Shown here: positions 49,601 through 64,000 of the stretch, piece by piece
How positions within the stretch are numbered: the stretch's first letter is position 1
How the letters are laid out: each line of letters opens with the position of its first letter
DNA from: Eledone cirrhosa
Taxonomy: Eukaryota
Direction: 5' to 3'
Assembly: GCA_964016885.1 (NCBI GenBank)
Contig: OZ024744.1
Location: forward strand, 94,674,001 to 94,738,000
DNA: 64,000 nucleotides
Position numbers and translations under genes: made by a program
The notes under the pieces: generated by a model
Told to the model about the DNA's origin: nothing
The model's database searches: none
Seen by the model: the letters and a program-made list of their open reading frames with translations, nothing else

Positions 49601-52600
49601 AGGAGGCAGCCAAAGTGTTCCAATAACCACAGTCAGTTACATCTATCAATACATCCCACATCTTGAGACACATGAGGCAGCCAAAGAGTTCCCATGACCA
49701 CAGTCAGTTACTTCTATCAATATATCCCACATCTTGAGACACATGAGGCAGCCAAAGTGTTCCCATGACCACCACAGTCAGTTACATCTATCAATACATC
49801 CCATATCTTGAGACACATGAGGCAGCCAAAGTGTTCCAATGACCACAGTCAGTTACATCTATCAATACATCCCACATCTTGAGACACATGAGGCAGCCAA
49901 AGTGTTCCAATGACCACAGTCAGTTACTTCTATCAATACATCCCACATCTGGAGACTCATGAGGTAGCCAAAGTGTTACAATGACCACAGTCAGTTACAT
50001 CTATCAATACATCCAACGTCTTGAGACACATGAGGCAGCCAAAGTGTTCCCATGACCACATTCAGTTACATCTATTAATACATCCCACATCTTGAGACAC
50101 ATGAGGCAGCCAAAGTGTTCCCATGACCACAGTCAGTTACATATATCAATACATCCCACATCTTGAGACACATGAGGCAGCCAAAGTGCTCCAATGACCA
50201 CAGTCAGTTACATCTATCAATACATCCCACACCTTGAAACACATGAGGCAGCCAAAGTGCTCCAATGACCACAGTCAGTTACATCTATCAATACATCCCA
50301 CTTCTTGAGACACATGAGGCAGGCAAAGTGCTCCAATGACCACCACGTTCAGTTACATGAATCAATACATCCCACATCTTGAGACACATGAGGCAGCCAA
50401 AGTGTTCCAATAACCACAGTCAGTTACATCTATCAATACATCCCACATCTTGAGACACATGAGGCAGCCAAAGTGTTCCCATGACCACAGTCAGTTACAT
50501 CTATCAATACATCCCACATCTTGAGACACATGAGGCAGCCAAAGTGTTCCCATGACCACAGTCAGTTACATCTATCAATACATCCCACATCTTGAGACAC
50601 ATGAGGCAGCCAAAGTGTTCCCATGACCACAGTCAGTTACATCTATCAATACATCCCACATCTTGAGACACATGAGGCAGCCAAAGTGTTCCCATGACCA
50701 CAGTCAGTTACATCTATCAATACATACCACATCTTGAGACACATGATGTAGCCAAAGTGTTCCCATGACCACAGTCAGTTACATCTATCAATACATACCA
50801 CATCTTGAGACACATGAGGCAGCCAAAGTGTTCCCATGACCACAGTCAGTTACATCTATCAATACATACCACATCTTGAGACACATGAGGCAGCCAAAGT
50901 GTTCCAATGACCACCACAGTCAGTTACATCTATCAATACATCCCATGTCTTGAGACACATGAGGCAGCCAAAGTGCTCCAATGACCACCACGGTCAGTTA
51001 CATCTATCAATACATCCCACATCTGGAGACACATGAGTCAAAATGTTCCAATGACCACCACAGTCAGTTAGATCTATCAATACATCCCACATCTTGAGAC
51101 ACATCAGGCAGGCAAAGTGTTCCAATGACCACAGTCAGTTACATCTATCAATATATCCCACATCTTGAGACACTTGAGGCAGCCAAAGTGTTCCAATGAC
51201 CACCACAGTCAGTTACATCTATCAATACATCCCACATCTTGAGACACATGAGGCAGCCAAAGTGTTCCAATGACCACCACAGTCAGTTACATCTATCAAT
51301 ACATCCCACATCTTGAGACACATGAGGCAGCCAAAGTGTTCCAATGACCACCACAGTCAGTTACATCTATCAATACATCCCACATCTTGAGACACATGAG
51401 GCAGGCAAAGTGTTCCAATGACCACAGTCAGTTACATCTATCAATATATCCCACATCTTGAGACACTTGAGGCAGCCCAAGTGTTCCAATGACCACCACA
51501 GTCAGGTACATCTATCAATACATCCCACATCTTGAGACACATGAGGCATCCAAAGTGTTCCAATGACCACCACAGTCAGTTACATCTATCAATACATACC
51601 ACACCTTGAGACGCATGAGGCATCCAAAGTGTTCCAATAACCACAGTCAGTTACATCTATCAATACATCTCACATCTTGAGACACATGAGGCAGCCAAAG
51701 TGTTCCAATGACCACCACAGTCAGTTACATCTATCAATACATCCCACATCTTGAGACACATGAGGCAGCCAAAGTGTTCCAATGACCACCACAGTCAGTT
51801 ACATCTATCAATACATCCCACATCTTGAGACACATGAGGCAGCCAAAGTACTCCAATGACCACCACAGTCAGTTACATCTATCAATACATCCCACATCTT
51901 GAGACACATGAGGCAACCAAAGTACTCCAATGACCACAGTCAGTTACATCTATCAATACATCCCACATCTTGAGACACATGAGGCAGCCAAAGTGTTCCA
52001 ATAACCACAGTCAGTTACATCTATCAATACATCTCACATCTTGAGACACATGAGGCAGCCAAAGTGTTCCAATGACCACCACAGTCAGTTACATCTATCA
52101 ATACATACCACATCTTGAGACACATGAGGCAGGCAAAGTGCTCCAATGACCAACATGATCAGTTAAATGAATCAATACATCCCACATCTTGAGACACATG
52201 AGGCAGCCAAAGTGTTCCAATAACCACAGTCAGTTACATCTATCAATACATCCCACATCTTGAGACACATGAGGCAGCCAAAGTGTTCCAATGACCACCA
52301 CAGTCAGTTACATCTATCAATACATCTCACATCTTGAGACACATGAGGCAGCCAAAGTGTTCCAATGACCACCACAGTCAGTTACATCTATCAATATATC
52401 CCACATCTTGAGACACATGAGGCAGCCAGAGTGTTCCCATGACCACAGTCAGTTACATCTATCAATACATACCACATCTTGAGACACATGAGGCAGCCAA
52501 AGTGTTCAAATGACCACAGTCAGTTACATCTAGCACAACATCCCACATCTTGAGACACATGAGGTAGCCAAAGTGTTCCAATGACCACAGTCTGTTACAT

Positions 52601-55600
52601 CTATCAATACACCCCACACCTTGAGACACATGAGGCAGCCAAAGTGTTCCAATGACCACCACAGTCAGTTACATCTATCAATACATCCCACATCTGGAGA
52701 CACATGAGTAAGCCAAAATGTTCCAATGACCACAGTCAGTTAGATCTATCAATATATCCCACACCTTGAGACACATGAGGATGCCAAGTGTTCCAATAAC
52801 CACAGTCAGTTACATTTATCAATACATCCCACACCTTGAGACACATGAGGCAGCCAAGTGCTCCAATGACCACCACAGTCGGTTACATCTATCACAACAT
52901 CCCACATCTTGAGACACATGAGGCAGCCAAAGTGTTCCAATGACCACAGCCAGTTACATCTATCACAACATCCCATGTCTTGAGACACATAAGGTAGCCA
53001 AAGTGTTCCAATGACCACCAGAGTCAGTTACATCTATCAATACATCTCACATCTTGAGACACATGAGGCAGCCAAAGTGTTCCAATGACCACAGTCAGTT
53101 ACATCGATCAATATATCCCACATCCTGTGACACATGAGGCAGCCAAAGTGTTCCAATAACCACAGTCAGTTACATCTATTAATTCATCCCACATCTTGAG
53201 ACACATGAGGCAGCCAAAGTGTTCCAATGACCACAGTCAGTTACATCTATCAATATATCCCACATCTTGAGACACATGAGGCAGCCAAAGTGTTCCAATG
53301 ACCACAGTCAGTTACATCTATCAATACATCCCACATCTTGAGATACATGAAGCAGCCAAAGTGTTCCAATGACCACCACAGTCAGTTACATCTATCAATA
53401 CATCCCACATCTTGAGACACATGAGGTAGCCAAAGTGTTCCAATGACCACAGTCAGTTACATCTATTAATACATCCCACATCTTGAGACGCATGAGGCAG
53501 CCTAAGTGTTCCAATGACCACCACAGTCAGTTACATCTATCAATACATCCCACATCTTGAGATACATGAAGCAGCCAAAGTGTTCCAATGACCACCACAG
53601 TCAGTTACATCTATCAATACATCCCACATCTTGAGACACACGAGGCAGCCAAAGTGTTCCAATGACCACCACAGTCAGTTACATCTATCAATACATCCCA
53701 CATCTTGAGACACACGAGGCAGCCAAAGTGTTCCAATGACCACCACAGTCAGTTACATCTATCAATACATCCCATGTCTTGAGACACATGAGGCAGCCAA
53801 AGTGTTCCCATGACCACAGTCAGTTACATCTATCAATACACCCCACACCTTGAGACACATGAGGCAGCCAAAGTGTTCCCATGACCACAGTCAGTTACAT
53901 CTATCAATACACCCCACATCTTGAGACACATGAGGCAGCCAAAGTGTTCCAATGACCACAGTCAGTTATATCTAACAATACATCCCACATCTTGAGACAC
54001 ATGAGGCAGCCAAAGTGTTCCAATGACCACCACAGTCAGTTTCATCTATCAATACATCCCATGTCTTGAGACAAATGACGCAGCCAAAGTGTTCCAATGA
54101 CCACAGTCAGTTACATCTATCAATACATCTCACATCTTGAGAAACATGAGACAGCCAAAGTGTTCCAATGACCACAGTCAGTTACATCTATCAATACATC
54201 CCACACCTTGAGACACATGAGACAGCCAAAGTGTTCCAATGGCTGCAGTCAGTTACATCTATCAATACATCTCACATCTTGAGACACATGAGGCAGCCAA
54301 AGTGTTCCAATGACCACCACAGTCAGTTACATCTATCAATACATCCCACATCTTGAGGCACATGAGGCAGGCAAAGTGCTCCAATGAACACCATGCTCAG
54401 TTACATCAATCAATACATCCCACATCTTGAGCCACAGGAGGCAGCCAAAGTGTTCCAATAACCACAGTCAGTTACATCTATCAATACATCCCACATCTTG
54501 AGACACATGAGGCAGCCAAAGTGTTCCCATGACCACAGTCAGTTACTTCTATCAATATATCCCACATCTTGAGACACATGAGGCAGCCAAAGTGTTCCCA
54601 TGACCACCACAGTCAGTTACATCTATCAATATATCCCACATCTTGAGACACATGAGGCAGCCAAAGTGTTACAATGACCACAGTCAGTTACATCTATCAA
54701 TACATCCAACGTCTTGAGACACATGAGGCAGCCAAAGTGTTCCCATGACCACATTCAGTTACATCTATTAATACATCCCACATCTTGAGACACATGAGGC
54801 AGCCAAAGTGTTCCCATGACCACAGTCAGTTACATATATCAATACATCCCACATCTTGAGACTCATGAGGCAGCCAAAGTGTTCCAATAACCACAGTCAG
54901 CTACATCTATCAATACATCCCACATCTTGAGACTCATGAGGTAGCCAAAGTGTTCCAATAACCACAGTCAGCTACATCTATCAATGCATCCCACATCTTG
55001 AGACACATGAGGCAGCCAAGTGCTCCAATTACCACAGTGGGTTACATCTATCAATACATCCCACATCGTGAGACACATGAGGTAGCCAAAGTGTTCCAAT
55101 GACCACCACAGTCAGGTACATCTATCAATACATTCCACATCTTGAGATACATGAAGCAGCCAAAGTGTTCCAATGACCACCACATTCAGTTACATCTATC
55201 AATACATCCCACATCTTGAGACACATGAGGTAGCCAAAGTGTTCCGATGAACACAGTCTGTTACATCTTTCAATACATCCCACATCTTGAACCACATGAG
55301 GGAGCCAAAGTGTTCCAATGACCACAGTCAGTTACATCTATCAATATATCCCAATCTTGAGACACATGAGGCAGCCAAAGTGTTCCCATGACCACAGTCA
55401 GTTATATCTATCAATACATCCCACATCTGGTGACACATGAGTCAAAATGTTCCAATGACCACAGTCAGTTAGATCTATAAATACATCCCACATCTTGAGA
55501 CACATGAGGCAGCCAAAGTGCTCCAATAACCACAGTGGGTTACATCTATCAATACATCCCACATCTTGAGACACATGAGGCAGCCAAAGTGTTCCAATGA

Positions 55601-58600
55601 CCACAGTCAGCTACATCTATCAATATATCCCACATCTTGAGACACATGAGGCAGCCAAAGTGTTCCAATGACCACCACAGTCAGTTAGATCTATCAATAT
55701 ATCCCACATCTTGAGACACATGAGGTAGCCAAAGTGTTCCAATGACCACCACAGTCAGTTACATCTATCAATACATCCCACATCTTGAGACACATGAGGC
55801 AGCCAAAGTGTTCCAATGAACACATTCAGTTACATCTATCAATACATCCCACATCTTGAGACACATGTAGCAGCCAATGTGTTCCAATGACCACAGTCAG
55901 TTACATCTATCACAACATCCCATGTCTTGAGACACGTGAGTCTGCCAAAGTGTTCCAATGACCACAGTCAGTTACTTCTATCAATACATCCCACATCTTG
56001 AGACACATGTAGCAGCCAATGTGTTCCAATGACCACAGTCAGTTACATCTATCAATACATCTCACATCTTGAGACACATGAGGCAGCCAAAGTGTTCCAA
56101 TGACCACAGTCAGTTACATCTATCAATACATCCTACATCTTGAGATACATGAAGCAGCCAAAGTGTTCCAATGACCACCACAGTCAGTTACATCTATCAC
56201 AACATCCCACATCTTGAGACACATGAGGCAGCCAAAGTGTTCCAATGACCACAGTCAGTTACATCTATCACAACATCCCACATCTTGAGACACATGAGGC
56301 AGCCAAAGTGTTCCAATGACCACAGTCAGTTACATCTATCACAACATCCCACATCTTGAGACACATGAGGCAGCCAAAGTGTTCCAATGACCACAGTCAG
56401 TTACATCTATCACAACATCCCACATCTTGAGACACATGAGGCAGCCAAAGTGTTCCAATGACCACAGTCAGTTACATCAATCAATACATCCCACATCTTG
56501 AGACACATGAGGCAGCCAAATTGTTCCGATGATCACAGTCAGTTACATCTATCAATACATCCCACATCTTGAGACACACGAGGCAGCCGAAGTGTTCCAG
56601 TGACCACAGTCAGTTACATCTATCAATACATCCCATGTCTTGAGACACATGAGGGAGCCAACGTGTTCCCATGACAACAGTCAATTACATCTATTAATAC
56701 ATCCCTTGTCTTGAGACACATGAGGCAGCCAAAGTGTTCCCATGACCACAGTCAGGTACATTTATCAATACATCCCACATCTTGAGACACATGAGGCAGC
56801 CAAAGTGTTCCAATGACCACAGTCAGTTAAATTTATTAATACATCCCACATCTTGAGACACATGAGGCAGCGAAAGTGCTCCAATGACCACCACAGTCAG
56901 TTACATCTATCAATACATCCCACATCTTGAGACACATGAGGTAGCGAAAGTGTTCCAATGACCGCCACAGTCAGTTACATTTATCAATACATCCTACATC
57001 TTGAGACACATGAGGCAGCCAAAGTGTTCCAATGACCACCACAGTCAGTTACATCTATCAATACATCCCACATCTTGAGACATATGAGACAGCCAAAGTG
57101 TTCGAATGACCACCACAGTCGGTTTCATCTATCAATACATCCCACATCTTGAGACATATGAGGCAGCCAAAGTGTTCCAATGACCACAGTCAGTTACATC
57201 TATCAAACATCTAACATCATGAGACACATGAGGCAGCCAAATTGTTCCCATGACCACAGTCAGTTATATCTATCAATACATCACATGTCTTGAGACACAT
57301 GAGGCAGCCAAAGTGTTCCAATGACCACAGTCAGTCACATCTATCAATACCTCCCACATCTTGAGACATATGAGGCAGCCAAAGTGTTCCAATGACCACA
57401 GTCAGTCACATCTATCAATACATCCCACATCTTGAGACATATGAGGCAGCCGAAGTGTTCCAGTGACCACAGTCAGTTACATCTATCAATACATCCCACA
57501 TCTTGAGACATATGAGGCAGCCAAAGTGTTCCAATGACCACAGTCAGTCACATCTATCAATACATCCCACATCTTGAGACATATGAAGCAGACAAAGTGT
57601 TCCAATGACCACAGTCAGTTACATCTATCAATACATCCCACATCTTGAGACACATGAGGCAACCAAAGTGTTCCATTGACCAACACAGTCAGTTACATCT
57701 ATCAATACATCCCACATCTTGAGACACATGAGGCAGCCAAAGTGTTCCAATGACCACCACAGTCAGTTACATCTATCACAACATCCCACATTTTGAGGCG
57801 CATGAGGCAGGCAAAGTGCTACAATGACCACCACAGTCAGTTACATCTATCACAACATCCCACATCTTGAGACACATGAGGCAGCCAAAGTGTTCCTGTG
57901 ACCACAGTCAGTTACATCTATCAATACATCCCACATCTTGAGACACATGAGGCAACCAAAGTGTTCCAATGACCACCACAGTCAGTTACATCTATCAATA
58001 CATCCCACATCTTGAGACACATGAGGCAGCCAAAGTGTTCCAATGACCACCACAGTTAGTTACATATATCAATACATCCCACATCTTGAGACACATGAGG
58101 CAGCCAATTTCTTCCAGTGACCACAGTCAGTTACATCTATCACAACATCCCACATCTTGAGACACATGAGGCAGCCAAAGTGTTCCAATGACCACAGTCA
58201 GTTACATCTATTAATACATCCCACATCTTGAGACACATGAGGCAGCCAAAGTGTTCCAATGACCACAGTCAGTTACATCTATCACAACATCCCACATCTT
58301 GAGACACACGAGGCAGCCAAAGTGTTCCAATGACCACCACAGTCAGTTACATCTATCAATACATCCCACATCTTGAGACACTTGAGGCAGCCAAAGTGTT
58401 CCAATGACCACAGTCAGTTACATCTAGCACAACATCCCACATCTTGAGACACACGAGGCAGCCAAAGTGTTCCAATGACCACAGTCAGTTACATCTATCA
58501 CAACATCCCACATCTTGAGACACATGAGGCAGCCAAAGTGTTCCAATGACCACAGTCAGTTACATCTATCAATATATCCCACATCTTGAGAGACATGAGG

Positions 58601-61600
58601 CAGCCACAGTTTTCCAATGACCACCACAGTCAGTTACATCTATCAATACATCCCACATCTTGAGACAAATGAGGCAGCCAAAGTGTTCCAATGACCACCA
58701 CAGTCAGTTACATCTATCAATACATCTCAAATCTTTAGACACACGAGGCAGCCAAAGTGTTCCAATGACCACCACAGTCAGTTACATCTATTAATACATC
58801 CCACATCTTGAGACACATGAGGCAGCCAAAGTGTTCCAATGACCACAGTCAGTTACATCTATCACAACATCCCACATCTTGAGACACACGAGGCAGCCAA
58901 AGTGTTCCAATGACCACCACAGTCAGTTACATCTATCAATACATCCCACATCTTGAGACACTTGAGGCAGCCAAAGTGTTCCAATGACCACAGTCAGTTA
59001 CATCTATCACAACATCCCACATCTTGAGACACATGAGGCAGCCAAAGTGTTCCAATGACCACAGTCAGTTACATCTATCAATATATCCCACATCTTGAGA
59101 CACATGAGGAAGCCAAAGTGTTCCAATGACCACCACAGTCAGTTACATCTATCAATACACACCACACCTTGAGACACATGAGGCAGCCAAAGTGTTCCAA
59201 TGACCACAGTCAGTTAAATCTATCACAACATCCCACATCTGGAGACACACGAGGCAGCCAAAGTGTTCCAATGACCACAGTTAGTTACATCTATTAATAC
59301 ATCCCACATCTTGAGACACATGAGGCAGCCAAAGTGTTCCAATGACCACCACAGTCAGTTACATCTATCACAACATCCCACATCTTGAGACACACGAGGC
59401 AGCCAAAGTGTTCCAATGACCACCACAGTCAGTTACATCTATCAATACATCCCACATCTTGAGACACTTGAGGCAGCCAAAGTGTTCCAATGACCACCAC
59501 AGTCAGTTACATCTATTAATACATCCAGCATCTTGAGACACATGAGGCAGCCAAAGTGTTCCAATGACCACCACAGTCAGTTACATCTATCACAACATCC
59601 CACATCTTGAGACACACGAGGCAGCCAAAGTGTTCCAATGACCACCACAGTCAGTTACATCTATCAATACATCCCACATCTTGAGACACATGAGGCAGCC
59701 AAAGTGTTCCAATGACCACAGTCAGTTACATCTATCAATACATTCCATATCTTGAGACACATGAGGCAGCCAAAGTGTTCCAATGACCACAGTCAGTTAC
59801 ATCTATCACAACATCCCACATCTTGAGACACATGAGGCAGCCAAAGTGTTCCAATGACCACCACAGTCAGTTACATCTATCAATACATTCCATATCTTGA
59901 GACACATGAGGCAGCCAAAGTGTTCCAAAGACCACCACAGTCAGTTACATCTATCAATACATCCCACATCTTGAGACACATGAGGCAGCCAAAGTGTTCC
60001 AATGACCACCACAGTCAGTTACATCTATCAATACATCCCATGTCTTGAGACACATGAGGCAGCCAAAGTGTTCCCATGACAACAGTCAATTACATCTATT
60101 AATACATCCCATGTCTTGAGACACATGAGGCAGCCAAACTGTTCCAATGACCACCACAGTCAGTTACATCTATCAATACATCCCACATCTTGAGACACAT
60201 GAGGCAGCCAAAGTGTTCCAATGACCACCACAGTCGGTTTCATCTATCAATACATCCCACATCTTGAGACATATGAGGCAGCCAAAGTGTTCCAATGAAC
60301 ACAGTCAGTTACATCTATCAATACATCCAACATCATGAGACACATGAGGCAGCCAAATTGTTCCCATGACCACAGTCAGTTATATCTATCAATACATCAC
60401 ATGTCTTGAGACACATGAGGCAGCCAAAGTGTTCCAATGACCACCACAGTCAGTTACATCTATCAATACATCCCACATCTTGAGACATATGAGGCAGCCA
60501 AAGTGTTCCAATGACCACAGTCAGTTACATCTATCAATACATCCCACATCTTGAGACATATGAGGCAACCAAAGTGTTCCAATGACCACCACAGTCAGTT
60601 ACATCTATCACAACATCCCACATCTTGAGACACTTGAGGCAGTGAAAGTGTTCCAATGACCACAGTCAGTTACATCTATCAATACATCCCACATCTTGAG
60701 ACACATGAGGCAACCAAAGTGTTCCAATGACCACCACAGTCAGTTACATCTATCAATACATCCCACATCTTGAGACATATGAGGCAGCCAAAGTGTTCCA
60801 ATGACCACAGTCAGTCACATCTATCAATACATCCCACATCCTGAGACATATGAGGCAGACAAAGTGTTCCAATGACCACAGTCAGTTACATCTATCAATA
60901 CATCCCACATCTTGAGACACATGAGACAGCCAAAGTGTTCCAATGACCACCACAGTTAGTTACATCTATCAATACATCCCACATCTTGAGACACATGAGG
61001 CAGCCAAAGTGTTCCAATGACCACCATGGTCAGTGACATCTATCAATACATCCCACATCTTGAGACACATGAGGCAGCCAAAGTGTTCAAATGACCACCA
61101 CAGTCAGTTACATCTATCAATACATACCACATCTTGAGATACATCAGACAGCCAAAGTGTTCCAATGACCACCACAGTCAGTTACATCTATCAATACATA
61201 CCACATTTTGAGGCACATGAGGCAGGCAAAGTGCTCCAATGACCACCACAGTCAGTTACATCTATCACAACATCCCACATCTTGAGACACTTGAGGCAGC
61301 CAAAGTGTTCCAGTGACCACAGTCAGTTACATCTATCAATACATCCCACATCTTGAGACACATGAGGCAACCAAAGTGTTCCAATGACCACCACAGTCAG
61401 TTACATCAATCAATACATCCCACATCTTGAGACACATGAGGCAGCCAAAGTGTTCCAATGACCACCACAGTTAGTTACATCTATCAATACATCCCACATC
61501 TTGAGACACATGAGGCAGCCAATGTGTTCCAGTGACTACAGTCAGTTACATCTATCAATTCATGCCACATCTTGAGACACATGAGGCAGCCAATGTGTTC

Positions 61601-64000
61601 CAGTGACCACAGTCAGTTACATCTATCAATACATCCCACATCTTGAGAGACACGAGGCAGCCACAGTTTTCCAATGACCACCACAGTCAGTTACATCTAT
61701 CAATACATCCCACATCTTGAGACAAATGAGGCAGCCAAAGTGTTCCAATGACCACAGTCAGTTACATCTATCAATACATCCCACATCTTGAGAGACATGA
61801 GGCAGCCACAGTTTTCCAATGACCACTACAGTCAGTTACATCTATTAATACATCCCACATCTTGAGACACATGAGGCAGCCAAAGTGTTCCAATGACCAC
61901 AGTCAGTTACATCTATCACAACATCCCACATCTTGAGACACACGAGGCAGCCAAAGTGTTCCAATGACCACCACAGTCAGTTACATCTATCAATACATCC
62001 CACATTTTGAGACACTTGAGGCAGCCAAAGTGTTCCAATGACCACCACAGTCAGTTACATCTATCAATACATCCCACATTTTGAGACACTTGAGGCAGCC
62101 AAAGTGTTCCAATGACCACAGTCAGTTACATCTATCAATACACACCACACCTTGAGACACATGAGGCAGCCAAAGTGTTCCAATGACCACAGTCAGTTAC
62201 ATCTATCACAACATCCCACATATTGAGAGACATGAGGCAGCCAAAGTGTTCCAATGACCACAGTCAGTTACATCTATCAATACACAACACACCTTGAGAC
62301 ACATGAGGCAGCCAAAGTGTTCCAATGACCACAGTCAGTTACATCTATCACAACATCCCACATCTTGAGAGACATGAGGCAGCCACAGTTTTCCAATGAC
62401 CACCACAGTCAGTTACATCTATCAATACATCCCACATCTGGAGACACACGAGGCAGCCAAAGTGTTCCAATGACCACAGTTAGTTACATCTATTAATACA
62501 TCCCACATCTTGAGACACATGAGGCAGCCAAAGTGTTCCAATGACCACCACAGTCAGTTACATCTATCACAACATCCCACATCTTGAGACACACGAGGCA
62601 GCCAAAGTGTTCCAATGACCACCACAGTCAGTTACATCTATCAATACATCCCACATCTTGAGACACCTGAGGCAGCCAAAGTGTTCCAATGACCACCACA
62701 GTCAGTTACATCTATCACAACATCCCACATCTTGAGATACATGAGGCAGCCAAAGTGTTCCAATGACCACCACAGTCAGTTACATCTATCAATACATCCC
62801 ACATCTTGAGACACATGAGGCAGCCAAAGTGTTCCAATGACCACCACAGTCAGTTACGTCTATCAATACATCCCATGTCTTGAGACACATGAGGCAGCCA
62901 ACGTGTTCCCATGACAACAGTCAATTACATCTATTAATACATCCCATGTCTTGAGACACTTGAGGCAGCCAAAGTGTTCCAATGACCACCACAGTCAGTT
63001 ACATCTATCAATACATCCCACATCTTGAGAGCAATGAGGCAGCCAAAGTGTTCCCATGACCACAGTCAGGTACATCTATCAATACATCCCACATCTGGAG
63101 ACACATGAGGCAGCAGAGCGTTCCAATGACCACAGTGGGTTGCATCTATCAATACATCCCACATCTTGGGACACATGAGGCAGCCAAAGTGTTCCAATGA
63201 CCACAGTCAGTTACATCTATCAATACACCACATGTCTTGAGACACATGAGGCATCCAAAGTGTTCCAATGACCACCAGAGTCAGTTACATCTATCAATAT
63301 ATCCCACACCTTGAGACACATGAGGCAGCCAAAGTGTTCCAATGACCACCAGAGTCAGTTACATCTATCAATACATCACATGTCTTGAGACAAATGAGGC
63401 AGCCAAAGTGTTCCAATGACCACCATGGTCAGCTACATCAATAAATACATCCCACATCTTCAGACACATGAGGCAGCCAAAGTGTTCCCATGACCACAGC
63501 TAGGTACATCTATCAATACATACCACATCGTGAGACACATGAAGTAGCCAAAGTGTTCCAATGACCACAGTCAATTACATCTATCAATACATCCCACATC
63601 TTGAGACACATGATGTAGCCAAAGTGTTCCAATGACCACCACAGTCAGTTACATCTATCAATACATCCCACATCTTGAGACACATGAGACAGCCAAAGTG
63701 TTCCAATGACCACCACAGTCGGTTTCATCTATCACTACATCCCACATCTTGAGACATATGAGGCAGCCAAAGTGTTCCAATGAACACAGTCAGTTACATC
63801 TATCAATACATCCAACATCATGAGACACATGAGGCAGCCAAATTGTTCCCATGACCACAGTCAGTTATATCTATCAATACATCACATGTCTTGAGACACA
63901 TGAGGCAGCCAAAGTGTTCCAATGACCACCATGGTCAGTGACATCTATCAATACATCCCACATCTTGAGACACATGAGGCAGCCAAAGTGTTCAAATGAC
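31670..64000. repeat. Satellite DNA array, 71/74-bp monomers, roughly 445 copies, runs off the window end
   Basis: Consensus GAGACACATGAGGCAGCCAAAGTGTTCCAATGACCAC(CAC)AGTCAGTTACATCTATCAATACATCCCACATCTT. Starts at 31739, 31813 and 31884 give periods 74 and 71. Head-to-tail in one orientation with no insertions seen. Confidence 0.98.

Noticed and set aside
31670-64000. CRISPR-like array, or coding tandem repeat (many 60-70 aa ORFs with Cys/His/Trp)
   Set aside because: No unique spacers and no cas genes. Monomers of 71/74 bp are not multiples of three, so frames shift and stop. Eukaryotic satellite.

Overview
AT-rich, repeat-dense eukaryotic DNA. The SINE families, (TA)n/(CA)n/(CAT)n microsatellites and intron sizes suggest an octopus-like cephalopod genome; that is an inference. 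The only host gene I can support is the 3' half of a DCN1-like (DCUN1D4/5-type) cullin-neddylation gene on the + strand. It has four spliced exons (1642-1750, 3334-3438, 4376-4478, 12100-12161) with GT-AG junctions and a continuous frame. The rest of 1-31.6 kb is made of Tc1/mariner relics, tRNA-derived SINEs, RTE and CR1 LINE fragments, a hAT MITE nested in a Helitron-like element, a RepHel fragment, TTAA/piggyBac-like MITEs, and mini/microsatellites. From about 31670 to the window end lies one >32 kb satellite array of 71/74-bp monomers with kb-scale higher-order duplications. The most notable observation is a cluster of type I hammerhead-ribozyme motifs inside long inverted repeats (17.3-17.8 kb, 27.0-27.3 kb, 28.1-28.3 kb, plus weaker relics), resembling non-autonomous Penelope-like/retrozyme elements. 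Almost all ORFs in the supplied track are repeat artefacts.
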